Source of the DNA: a virus
Lineage: Duplodnaviria > Caudoviricetes
Length of the DNA stretch: 58,257 bases
IMG/VR virus record: IMGVR_UViG_3300027971_002004
Location: 1-58,257 of that record
Reading direction: 5' to 3' (one strand)
The notes under the pieces were generated by a model. That model was not told the origin of the DNA, searched no databases, and worked only from the letters and a program-made list of their open reading frames with translations. Both the position numbers and the translations under genes were made by a program. Each line of letters starts with the position of its first letter. The stretch's first letter is position 1. Shown piece after piece: positions 41,495 through 50,876 of the stretch.

Positions 41495-44400
41495 TTATGC
41501 TACTGTGTTTAAGGTTTTTAGCTCTTCACCTAGCGCAAACCATTTATCTCTCAGTACATCCAGTTGAGGGTCACCTGCTGGAAGTTCAGTTTTTGCTTTA
41601 GCGTATTCTAATCTAGCGTTTCTAACTTCTTCAATTTTAGCCATTAATTTTTTGGTCAATTCAGCTTGTTCATTGAGTTTTTCAAACAGTTTTTCAGTGC
41701 TTGGGGTGTCCCCCGTAGTTGCAGGATTACCACCATAATTAGGTAATGGTATCTTTGGACTACCAAATACACTAGATAACTGACTTGTTAATGATGTGCG
41801 GTCATTTGTATTGATGCCGACAACAGGCAATGTAATTGAGACTGCACCACCTGAACTTAATGATGCAATAGAACTATTTAACTTTGAAGCTAATGCTGGA
41901 CTTAGTCCAATACTTGCTAATGCTTGTAATGATGCTCCGGGAGCTTTTAATTTATCTATTAAACTACTTGCGCCACCTGCTAAGTTACCGGTACTTATAG
42001 ATGCAGTAACTTGTGATATTGCTCCGGATATATTGCTAGCACCCGGTATTGAATTGATTGCACCTTTCGCACCATTGATAACCGTTGCTACTGCATTTTG
42101 TGCTCCGGGTAGTCCACTTAGTCCGGTAGAAGAGTTACCAGGTAATAATGCTCCAACTGAGTTAACTGCATTTTGTGCAACATTTGCGACACTTGATGCG
42201 GCTGCTACGCCAGTTGTTACTGCTTTAGTAACACTATCCAATCCGTTAATTGCTGATGATGCGGCTCCTGATGCGATACTTGCGGCATCTATTCCTGAAG
42301 CTGAGGCTGCAGATTTCAATACTCCGGCAACATCACTTGCTTCTGTGCCAGACGCCTGTACATCTGCTGTAGCCTTATCCGCAATTTGTTTTAAGTTTTG
42401 CGGTACACCTGCTTTAAGTGCTGGGAATCCACCAGTAATTGCGGCAAATGCCGATCCAGCAATACCTTTTGCACTATCAAACATACCAGACAATCCAGCT
42501 GTAGCTCCTTTTGCTAATCCAGATAATGATCCTGCTATTGAACTTAATCCTCCGGTGCTTGATTCAGCTAAATTGGCCGCATAATTACCTGAGGTTATTG
42601 ATCCAGTTACACTGCCTATTAATCCATTAACTGATTTACCAACTGATGCTCCAATGTTAGATATACCTTTTCCTAAATTGCCGGACGCTGTTTTCATAAA
42701 ATTAACAGTGTTGGATAGTCCAGCTGTTGCTGTTGCCGTAATTATACCAGCTACTGCACCGGATGCTTCCTTACCTGTCATAACACCTGATTGGGTTAGT
42801 TGAGTTTGTGCTTGTTGGAAAGTAGAAACTTGAGTTTTAACTTGAGCAGTGGTACTAGCTATATAGGCTTGTAAATTCTCTGCACCTGGCATGCCAGTAA
42901 ACAAGTTGTCCGTCATTGCTTCTTCAACTGTTTTACCCTGAGAAATTAGTGAGGCAATCAATACGGCTGATCCGGGCTTCAGTATTCCAGCAGATTCCAT
43001 TTGCTGAGGACTTTGTGCCAACTTACCAATTGCCGCAACTGGTCCGGACGCTGTTTGTACAACACTTGCACCTAATGCAGTAGCGGCTGCAGCCGGACCC
43101 GTTTGTGCCATAGCCGCTACTTGTCCAACCATGTTTGTTGTAGTATTTTTGTCTAGTGCTTTGCTAATTGCACCAGTGACTGGCACTGTCGCAGATACAC
43201 TTGCAGATACAGGAGTGTTAGGGGTATCAGATACTTGTGCATTTACTGCCGCAACTGCCAAAGATGGGGGACTTGGGAAATTAGCATTAGCATTATTGTC
43301 TACTTTAACATCTACACCCTGATTTGCACTAGACCACGGTGCATGTGCAGGTGCTCTACTTGCAATACTAAACAATGATCCTGGTGCGGCTGCCCAACCT
43401 TTAGTTGAATCATACAGTGTATCAGTATGTGCTACAACCGTTATTGGTTTAACTTCAGCTGGTACAAGGCCAGCTGATCCTGTATTTAAATTAACCTTAC
43501 TACCGTTAATAAAGGTAGTTGCTGAACTAGCAAAACTTGCCTCTCCGCCTGAATTTAAACTCATCCCGGCACCTACTTTTAATGTATATTGACCCAATGA
43601 TTGTATTTTATAATCAGTACCAATTCTAAAATCAGTTTTCTTATCACTATTAATAGTGATATTTTCTCCATAAAGATTAAAATCTTTCTTGGCATGCATA
43701 TTGATATTGTTGTCAGCATGTAAATTTAAATCGCCCTGTGTTCTAATGTTAACTGAGTTGGTAGCATACAAATCAATAGTACCTTCTTTACCTAACTCAA
43801 CCCAACTTTGTCCATTAGCGTGAATGATATGTAAACATTGACCATCATCACTCATTAGTATTTGATGCCCCAAACTGCTACGTATTCTTATTAATTGATC
43901 TCTACCTAATAGGTCACCGTCGTCCATTACAATACTATGACCAACCCTACGTGAAGTTATTTTTAATCCACTCTGTTGTCCTTCACCGGTTGCGGCGTCA
44001 GCAATTGTTTCATCAGTAAAGCCACCTTCATAGATAGGTCTACCAGGAGTGTTAACTCCCCAACCAACACGACTAGGACTTTCACGTTGCGCTGATGTAC
44101 CGATAGTACCTCTAATTGTATCTCTAATTAAACCTTGTTGATTTAATACACCTGCAAGATAACTGTTAACTGGTTTAGGTTCATTATAGAATGTAGGACT
44201 ATCATTGATTGCATTATTATTTGTGTTGATGTTAGTGACGGGTAATTTTTTTGCCCCACCATAACTGTTTGCTTCACTTGAATTAGTAACTACTGTTTCT
44301 GTTGATCCGTTTGCTGGCACCATAAACAATGCTTCTGGTTCTGGTACACAACCGATCCAATATCCGTAATTAGGATCACCATTAACAAATACACAAATAA

Positions 44401-44722
44401 CAGTTGTGCCTATATCAGGTGGACTACTCCACATTCCATAACTGACAGGATTTTGTAAATATGTTCCGTATCCTGTCTTATCACCTGTACCCTCAGTTAG
44501 TCCATAAAAAGGTGTCATGTAACTAACTGTAATCCAACTATTACTATCAGAAGGATCAGTGCCTCCCATATCACTTATATAAACTCTCAATCGACCTGAA
44601 CGTATTGGATCAATATTATCTTTCACTACTCCAAATACAGGCACCGGACTAACTACCGCACCTCCTGCACCTAATTTACTTGCGCTTGTTGCGCCTTTGG
44701 GTTTAAAGATATTATTTGCCAT
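41495..44722 (-). CDS. gp5: Baseplate central spike (gp5/VgrG-like OB fold + beta-helix) with long C-terminal extension
   Basis: GVVKDNIDPIRSGRLRV, PPDIGTTV, GDPNYGYWIG; GHSIVMDDG, GHQILMSD; beta-helix repeats ending INGSKVNLN; then about 600 aa rich in A/G/S. Confidence 0.8.
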   Translation of the reverse strand: MANNIFKPKGATSASKLGAGGAVVSPVPVFGVVKDNIDPIRSGRLRVYISDMGGTDPSDSNSWITVSYMTPFYGLTEGTGDKTGYGTYLQNPVSYGMWSSPPDIGTTVICVFVNGDPNYGYWIGCVPEPEALFMVPANGSTETVVTNSSEANSYGGAKKLPVTNINTNNNAINDSPTFYNEPKPVNSYLAGVLNQQGLIRDTIRGTIGTSAQRESPSRVGWGVNTPGRPIYEGGFTDETIADAATGEGQQSGLKITSRRVGHSIVMDDGDLLGRDQLIRIRSSLGHQILMSDDGQCLHIIHANGQSWVELGKEGTIDLYATNSVNIRTQGDLNLHADNNINMHAKKDFNLYGENITINSDKKTDFRIGTDYKIQSLGQYTLKVGAGMSLNSGGEASFASSATTFINGSKVNLNTGSAGLVPAEVKPITVVAHTDTLYDSTKGWAAAPGSLFSIASRAPAHAPWSSANQGVDVKVDNNANANFPSPPSLAVAAVNAQVSDTPNTPVSASVSATVPVTGAISKALDKNTTTNMVGQVAAMAQTGPAAAATALGASVVQTASGPVAAIGKLAQSPQQMESAGILKPGSAVLIASLISQGKTVEEAMTDNLFTGMPGAENLQAYIASTTAQVKTQVSTFQQAQTQLTQSGVMTGKEASGAVAGIITATATAGLSNTVNFMKTASGNLGKGISNIGASVGKSVNGLIGSVTGSITSGNYAANLAESSTGGLSSIAGSLSGLAKGATAGLSGMFDSAKGIAGSAFAAITGGFPALKAGVPQNLKQIADKATADVQASGTEASDVAGVLKSAASASGIDAASIASGAASSAINGLDSVTKAVTTGVAAASSVANVAQNAVNSVGALLPGNSSTGLSGLPGAQNAVATVINGAKGAINSIPGASNISGAISQVTASISTGNLAGGASSLIDKLKAPGASLQALASIGLSPALASKLNSSIASLSSGGAVSITLPVVGINTNDRTSLTSQLSSVFGSPKIPLPNYGGNPATTGDTPSTEKLFEKLNEQAELTKKLMAKIEEVRNARLEYAKAKTELPAGDPQLDVLRDKWFALGEELKTLNTVA

Positions 44723-44737
44723 ATTAATTATTTAATG

Positions 44738-47392
44738 TTATACACCTTCACCGGGTCTTGTTCTAGTGTTTAATGTAGTATCTTGCGTTTCTCTGCCAGC
44801 GTCAGGGCTTTGAGCATTGGCAACACCTGCTTGTGTTAGCCCCACACTTTGTACACTATCATCATTTGCTACACCTTGTCTTGTATTTTCTGTTGTAGTT
44901 GTATTTGGTGAACTACTATAGAAAAGTGAAATATCATCAGCCAATCTATTAGCTGCCACTGCTTCATCTACACCAGAAAATTCATTATCAGGAGTATATC
45001 CGGATGAAGCTGATGTGGTGCCTCCACTACTTGGTGTAGGCCCGTCGCCACCTTCACTCGTACCTGTACGTACATCTGATCCTGCTAAATCTATTCTTCT
45101 AGGATCATTTGCGGCGAATGCGGATCTTGCATTATTTGCATTTTCTTTTGTTAATGCTACTCCGGTTCTTGCGGCGGTTGCATCTGTTACATTTGCTCTT
45201 CCACCAAGTGCCGCAGCCGGTGTGCCTAATACTCCGGGGAAATCATTAATGGTACAATTCAATGTTTGCTGAAAGGAGCCACTTTTAAAGCTATGTTCTA
45301 TATCAAGCACCATATAACTAACACCTTTAACTTTATTAGCTACTGCGGCTGGATAATTCCAAAAATATATTGATGAATTTATACTCATCAAACCATCACT
45401 ATTCTTATAATCTGTTGCTTCTTTAAAATCTATTTCAATGAAAACTTGTCCACCGTTTGGATTGATAGTAAACCCATCACTACCATAAAATTGATTGTAT
45501 ATCTGATTAATACTTGCCGGTGTTTCTTGTGACAAATAATCTGGATCACCTAATATAGTAATTCTTGCTTTAGTATATGCACCCGGATCAAATAAACTAG
45601 TCATGTATGCATTTTGTGCTTCCATACCAACATTTAATCCTCCTTGTGAGTCTTGATTTTGTTTCTGATTTGGATATGTAGGTACCGTTGCGCCTCCACC
45701 TTGACTAGCTGGATCTCCATTAGGGGTTAATGCTACATTAAAATACGTATTATCCATTGTCTGCTCATATGACAATATTTCACTATTCTTACCCGTAAAC
45801 CAATATTCATATCGCTTATGCGGGCCATAATATTTGCTAGATTTTGTGTAAGGAGATGCGGCTGCAGGAGTTTCATATGGTTGTATGACGTATGTAATTT
45901 CATACGCAAAATCACCCACTTTATTATCAAATCCTAAACATTTAATTTCCGGACTTAAATTGTACCACTTGACAGGCGGTACATCTTTTTTAACAATAAC
46001 CTCATTACTGCCCGTGTCTTCATCAGGTTCTTCACTTGCAAGAAATATAACTTTAAGTGCATCAGCCATGTATGAACTCTGTTTTATAATATTATTAATT
46101 GCCTGTGCTATGGGAATACCACCTTTAACTTGTATTAATTTTCTAGTGGTATCTGGCACTGCATTAATACTAGTAGATTCATTTACTTCATTTGCATTAT
46201 CTGCCCTACTCATTGGATATCTAGATTTATCTAAATCTGCATCAGTAACAAGTCTTGCGTTTTTTAATAAAGCAGTGTCTCCTACAAATCTAACACCATA
46301 TACATTTGGTATTTCAATTGCTTTTTCTCTTTTTAATTCATTCTGAGTCTCGTTTAATGTTTGTAACAAGCTTGTGATTCCGTCGCCTTTACCTACCAAT
46401 GCTTCTTCAACTGTTCCTGCTGAAACAGGTACATAGGTATTTACCATACCTCTAGCTGTTCCCATACTAACCGTAGTTGATACAACAGACCCTCCTATGT
46501 TATATGTTGTCGCACCGCCGTTAATTTTAAATTTCATTGATGTTAATAATATATCATAAAATCTTTCATATACACCGCTAGCATCCGGGCTGGTGTTTAG
46601 TGTATCATCCGCAAACACTTGGCTAGCATTTGCTATATTTCCATTTTTATCATATCCCTGAAATCTAATACCCAATACAAAAAATTGTTTAGTGCCGTTT
46701 GTGGCTTTTTCATAATTTTTTATTTTACTATTTTTTACTAAAGCATCTCTTGCTCTTTTCAATTTAGTAATAAAAGAAAAACCATATGGTTCATATATGT
46801 TAAATGACAAACTTGTTACATTGGATGTACTCTGAGTACTTTTACCGTTAACAGCATTTTTAATTTTTAAATCGTCAATGTAAAAATCTAATTCAAATCC
46901 GGGTGCTCTCTTGCTTGTGGTATTATTAACACCACCTGATTGTGCAATTAAAAATGCACCACCGTTTGTTGCTTGTCCATTAGCATCTGTTGCTGATAAT
47001 GCATTGATATTTTTTCTACCTGATAACTGAAATGCATCATATGCGTCAGGTGTTATCATATACAAGCTTAGTTGGTATGTGTAACTACTGAAATTACCTA
47101 ATGGGTTTTGTAATCTACTACCTGGTTTAGGTGATTTACCTACACCTTTATCAACTACACTATTGCCTGCAGGTGATTGGGCTTTACCTGATTGTGTTTG
47201 ACCTGCAAAACTTTTATTGATAGTTTCTTTTTCATCACTACCGGTTGCAGTAGCATTATTTTCTTTGGTAGATAGACGGGAGGCATAGTCTTTATCATAG
47301 CTATATTCACCGTCACCGTCGGTCCCGCCTAAATCATTTTTATCAGGTGTAGAAGATATTATCTCACCGTAATCACCGTATAATATTGCCAT
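44738..47392 (-). CDS. Putative baseplate hub protein (gp27/tail protein D-like)
   Basis: FNIYEPYGFSF, YEYWFTGKN, ITILGDPDYL, Y.V..IEHSF..G.F.Q.L; located between gp53-like and gp5-like genes. Confidence 0.6.
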   Translation of the reverse strand: MAILYGDYGEIISSTPDKNDLGGTDGDGEYSYDKDYASRLSTKENNATATGSDEKETINKSFAGQTQSGKAQSPAGNSVVDKGVGKSPKPGSRLQNPLGNFSSYTYQLSLYMITPDAYDAFQLSGRKNINALSATDANGQATNGGAFLIAQSGGVNNTTSKRAPGFELDFYIDDLKIKNAVNGKSTQSTSNVTSLSFNIYEPYGFSFITKLKRARDALVKNSKIKNYEKATNGTKQFFVLGIRFQGYDKNGNIANASQVFADDTLNTSPDASGVYERFYDILLTSMKFKINGGATTYNIGGSVVSTTVSMGTARGMVNTYVPVSAGTVEEALVGKGDGITSLLQTLNETQNELKREKAIEIPNVYGVRFVGDTALLKNARLVTDADLDKSRYPMSRADNANEVNESTSINAVPDTTRKLIQVKGGIPIAQAINNIIKQSSYMADALKVIFLASEEPDEDTGSNEVIVKKDVPPVKWYNLSPEIKCLGFDNKVGDFAYEITYVIQPYETPAAASPYTKSSKYYGPHKRYEYWFTGKNSEILSYEQTMDNTYFNVALTPNGDPASQGGGATVPTYPNQKQNQDSQGGLNVGMEAQNAYMTSLFDPGAYTKARITILGDPDYLSQETPASINQIYNQFYGSDGFTINPNGGQVFIEIDFKEATDYKNSDGLMSINSSIYFWNYPAAVANKVKGVSYMVLDIEHSFKSGSFQQTLNCTINDFPGVLGTPAAALGGRANVTDATAARTGVALTKENANNARSAFAANDPRRIDLAGSDVRTGTSEGGDGPTPSSGGTTSASSGYTPDNEFSGVDEAVAANRLADDISLFYSSSPNTTTTENTRQGVANDDSVQSVGLTQAGVANAQSPDAGRETQDTTLNTRTRPGEGV

Positions 47393-47704
47393 TTATATAC
47401 CTAATACTTGTTTTAATGTGGCGGCGTCTGGTAGATATATGCTAGTTCCCGCAGTAAAATCAAAAAACGGATCAGCTAATGTGTTTGGATTTCTGCTTGC
47501 AAATACCCACCATAGCTTTGAATTACTATACAAGTCATACGCTAACATATCGGGACGTAAATTATATGTTTGTGTTATTTCCCAATATCTATCGCTACCC
47601 AATTTAGGAATGGATCTATCTACTAATACATCTAAAAATCTACCATTCACTACGCCTGTAGCAAAATACGGACTTGATGCTGGATATAAACTATTATTAG
47701 ACAT
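47393..47704 (-). CDS. gp53: Baseplate wedge protein, gp53/LysM-like
   Basis: RPDMLAYDLYSNSKLWWVFA..N...F.AG..IYLP. Start at 47704 gives a TAATG overlap. Confidence 0.75.
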   Translation of the reverse strand: MSNNSLYPASSPYFATGVVNGRFLDVLVDRSIPKLGSDRYWEITQTYNLRPDMLAYDLYSNSKLWWVFASRNPNTLADPFFDFTAGTSIYLPDAATLKQVLGI

Positions 47705-49794
47705 TACCAAATACCTCCACCTGAACGTTTACTTCCTCGTAATAATGCACCTGTTGCATATTCTTTGAGACTGAATTTATTGCTGATATCATTTCTTGTA
47801 ACTATAGGTATACATGTTATTTGCAATTGTATTTTTGTAGGTATATACGTTGCTTCAGAGTTAATCATTGTATTTTGTGTTGTGAAGTTTGGTACTTTGG
47901 GTGCTAACCCATTCATTGCTACCCTTACTACGGGCGGGACAAAACTATTTAATACGGGTTTTTGTTGGGATATATTTACTCCCGGTTGATTAGTTTGACT
48001 GCCTGCTCTAATATAATCTACTTCTGTTGGAGTGGTATATGTAAAATTAGTCACAACCAATGGGTGTGCATCAAAAGTATATGCTCCAAACCCACTCAAG
48101 TAACATAATGGTGGGGGTACTCCGTTATTTGGATTCTTATCCTGCCCATAAAACATTTTAGTAACACTACGAAAAAAATGTATCACCGCTAATAAGTAAT
48201 TTGCTTCAGTTGTATCTTGTGCAGTAAAATCCGCAGTAATAGATACAGTATCTACACTACTTCCCTTATATTGATAAACTTTATAGTTACTATGTATTAA
48301 GTCACTTGCATCATATCCTGCGCTGTATGTAACTGAAATTGCCGGAGTATATGGAAAAATTACTCCATCGGTTGATTGCAGTGGTGCTAATATACCTGCT
48401 TGCCCTGCAGGTACTTTATATAAATAATTAGCACCTGGAGATAGACTTAATCTTGCTCGCCAATCTGGTTTCTGTTGAAAATTAGCACTATCATCTTTTG
48501 TTGCTGTACTACGGGTATCATTTAATGCAGTAGATATACCTTTACCGCCGCCACCAACTGCGGCATCTTGTGCATCTAAATCAGCTTGTGCCTTATTTGC
48601 GGCAACTTGTGCATCTATCCCATCAAACTCATCAGGTACTTTTTGTAGAGTAATAGTTTCTTCTTGTGCTGCCGCTAATCCTAACTGTTGTTCTACTTCT
48701 TCATCAGATAATAGAGGAGGTTCTTGTAATGCGTTTTCATTAGCGGCTATTTGGTCATCTATACCTGCAAATTCTAATGATCCATCTTCTAAATCTTTTT
48801 GTCTTTGTACTTGTTCATCTATACCACTAAACTCATCTCCGTCATTGGTAATGGGAGGTTCTTGTAATGGGTCATAAACTAAATCTTGTGCTTCTGTTCC
48901 AATGTTAGTGTTGGGGTCACTATTTGGATTTATTGGTTGTGGTGTTTGTATTTGTGCCTCTGCACCAATGTTAGTATTAGGATCGCTGGCAAGAGTTATT
49001 GTTTGTTGAGGTTGAGGTGCCGGTGTTTGTGAGTCATTACCAATATTAGTATTAGGATCAGTATTAGGGTCTACAAGTTGTTGCGGTTCTGCATTAGCAT
49101 CTAAGAAGGCAGCATTAGTGGCTGCATTTTGTCCAGTAGCAGGCGTTGTTGCATTTTCAACTGCGGGTACAATAGGGGCGGGTGTGGTAGGGGTAGTAGG
49201 GGCAGGGGTAGCATTTTGCACACGGTTATTCAATGCATTTACTACTAATGCTCCTCCACCTATGACTGCGGCAGCAGTTAATACGTTGGAAATTGTTGAG
49301 TTTGATGTGTTAATAGACGGTGCTGTTGTGCTTGCAGGTGTTGTATTTGTTGGTAATGTGGTTGCGGGTATGGCTGCCGGCTGTACAGCCGGCACTGTCC
49401 CTATACCGGCTTTGGGCAAAGTAGCTGGATTTGCTTTTAATTCTTGTAGACTATTCAACACCCCTTGCTCAATATCAATAAGTTCTTGTCCAGTTATAGT
49501 GGTAGGAGGAGTATATCCAGGTGGAATAAACTGCTTAAGTTTAGATTGTACTTCTCCCGGTAATGATGAAAATGGTACCGGGTAAGTATAAGGTGAGGCT
49601 CCGGAAGTTAATTGTAAACTACCTAATAACTGTTTAGTTGCGTTAATATCTACTGAAGTAGATGTAATTAATTTATCCAAATTTACAATGTTTATTGCAG
49701 TAGTGTTAGGTTGTGTTACACCGTTATTAGCCATAGATACATCTTTTGCGTACTGTATCTTTTGTGCAGGTGTCAGGCTTGAATATGATGGCAT
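47704..49794 (-). CDS. Putative tail tube initiator / baseplate-tube junction protein with low-complexity N-terminus
   Basis: C-terminal GVIFPYTPAI, FFRSVTKMFYG, PPPLCYLSGFG, LVVTNF, VDYI; N-terminal 430 aa is P/T/Q/D-rich with repeats. Confidence 0.6.
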   Translation of the reverse strand: MPSYSSLTPAQKIQYAKDVSMANNGVTQPNTTAINIVNLDKLITSTSVDINATKQLLGSLQLTSGASPYTYPVPFSSLPGEVQSKLKQFIPPGYTPPTTITGQELIDIEQGVLNSLQELKANPATLPKAGIGTVPAVQPAAIPATTLPTNTTPASTTAPSINTSNSTISNVLTAAAVIGGGALVVNALNNRVQNATPAPTTPTTPAPIVPAVENATTPATGQNAATNAAFLDANAEPQQLVDPNTDPNTNIGNDSQTPAPQPQQTITLASDPNTNIGAEAQIQTPQPINPNSDPNTNIGTEAQDLVYDPLQEPPITNDGDEFSGIDEQVQRQKDLEDGSLEFAGIDDQIAANENALQEPPLLSDEEVEQQLGLAAAQEETITLQKVPDEFDGIDAQVAANKAQADLDAQDAAVGGGGKGISTALNDTRSTATKDDSANFQQKPDWRARLSLSPGANYLYKVPAGQAGILAPLQSTDGVIFPYTPAISVTYSAGYDASDLIHSNYKVYQYKGSSVDTVSITADFTAQDTTEANYLLAVIHFFRSVTKMFYGQDKNPNNGVPPPLCYLSGFGAYTFDAHPLVVTNFTYTTPTEVDYIRAGSQTNQPGVNISQQKPVLNSFVPPVVRVAMNGLAPKVPNFTTQNTMINSEATYIPTKIQLQITCIPIVTRNDISNKFSLKEYATGALLRGSKRSGGGIW

Positions 49795-49816
49795 AATATG
49801 TTGTTATCCTTACTTA

Positions 49817-49833
49817 TATTTATCTACTAAATA
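49817..49833. promoter_or_regulatory. Back-to-back late-type promoter boxes (ATAAATA on minus, CTAAATA on plus)
   Basis: TATTTAT at 49817-23 and CTAAATA at 49827-33 in the divergent gap; similar to the T4 late box TATAAATA. Confidence 0.6.
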
Positions 49834-49867
49834 AAGTAGTATTTTTACCCTTTCCCTCACAAAATAG

Positions 49868-49896
49868 TTGCTATTCTGCAACAATAATGTTATACT
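49868..49896 (+). promoter_or_regulatory. Sigma70-type promoter of the gp55-like gene
   Basis: TTGCTA-17 nt-TATACT with TGn extended -10; GGAG RBS at 49914-17. Confidence 0.7.
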
Positions 49897-49921
49897 TACA
49901 TCAACATACTAACGGAGAACT

Positions 49922-50827
49922 ATGTCCCTACCCTCACGCAAACCTGTCAACTATTTAAATAATAAAGACATTCTAAAAGAGATTCACGAAAGCAAAAACG
50001 CTTATTGTTACTTTGCAGACCCAAGCTATCATCGCTATGACTTCATTGTAGATATGCCCCAATCTAGTATGGAAGACAGCTTAGAATATGCTTTCAAAGC
50101 AGAAACTATTCAACAAGCTAAAGAAACACGTGCTTTAAGATTAAGTTTAGAACAAGGTAGTAAAGATGCTGTTAGTCCAGATTCAATCAACATAACAGAT
50201 TTAGTATTTCGTGTAATGACTTGGGATCATGTTCCGGTTGCACCAAAACAGCCCCGCAAAACAGTTAAAAAGAAAACAGCAAAGGATATCTTTGATTTTG
50301 AGGAACCAGATCCAGATGAAATCTTTGCTGACCTAGAAGATAATACTACTAAAGCTGAAGTGGATGATATGGTCCATGTTAAAGTTAACTTTCCCCCATT
50401 CCAACATTTTAAAATTGACGCAAATAATACATTTAAATGTGTGGGTAAAAGTCATTGGGACGGTGATTTAGAAACAGGTGTCTTTAATAAAGATCATGGT
50501 AAAATTACAAACAAACTTGCCCGTATGTACATTATGATGTGTGAAAAATACGCAATGAAATATAATTGGCGTGGGTATACGTACAATGATGAGATGCGTA
50601 ATAGTGCTATCCTTCAACTAACATATGTTGGATTACGATTCAATGAAGCTAAAAGTGCAAACCCATTCGCATATTACACAGCCGCTATTACTAATAGTTT
50701 CTGTAGAGTATTGAATACGGAAAAACGTAATCAAAACATACGTGATGATATACTAGAAATCAATGGTCTCAACCCAAGTTGGTCACGACAGGGTATCGGG
50801 TCAAGTTCTACAGTATACGAAGAATAA
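49922..50827 (+). CDS. gp55: Late-transcription sigma factor (T4 gp55-like)
   Basis: NYLNNKD N-terminus; NWRGYTYNDEM, FNEAKSANPFAYYT...NSF; adjacent to gp47/gp46 as in T4-like phages. Confidence 0.82.
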   Translation: MSLPSRKPVNYLNNKDILKEIHESKNAYCYFADPSYHRYDFIVDMPQSSMEDSLEYAFKAETIQQAKETRALRLSLEQGSKDAVSPDSINITDLVFRVMTWDHVPVAPKQPRKTVKKKTAKDIFDFEEPDPDEIFADLEDNTTKAEVDDMVHVKVNFPPFQHFKIDANNTFKCVGKSHWDGDLETGVFNKDHGKITNKLARMYIMMCEKYAMKYNWRGYTYNDEMRNSAILQLTYVGLRFNEAKSANPFAYYTAAITNSFCRVLNTEKRNQNIRDDILEINGLNPSWSRQGIGSSSTVYEE

Positions 50828-50834
50828 TTTAACC

Positions 50835-50860
50835 AAAGCCGTTGCTAATGTAACGGCTTT
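50835..50860 (+). terminator. Stem-loop after gp55, overlapping a sigma70 -35 element
   Basis: AAAGCCGTTGC-TAAT-GTAACGGCTTT, 11-bp stem with one G-T pair and a short T tail. Confidence 0.5.
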
Positions 50861-50870
50861 ATTATATAAT
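50842..50870 (+). promoter_or_regulatory. Sigma70-type promoter for a probably leaderless gp47 mRNA
   Basis: TTGCTA-17 nt-TATAAT; ATG at 50877 follows after 6 nt with no SD sequence. Confidence 0.7.
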
Positions 50871-50876
50871 AAACGA

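Noticed and set aside
41796-42584. 262-aa plus-strand ORF and other short antisense or nested ORFs in the track (e.g. 17046, 45885, 49118, 53593, 55768)
   Set aside because: They overlap well-supported genes and have no motifs or start signals; they are explained by codon bias on the real strand.
37605-49794. Bacterial T6SS or eCIS locus
   Set aside because: gp55, gp46/47, late promoter boxes and the absence of cellular genes indicate a phage genome.
50763-50876. Longest-ORF starts for gp47 (50763), the methyltransferase (6703) and the radical SAM at 8927
   Set aside because: They overlap upstream genes or promoters; downstream ATGs fit better.
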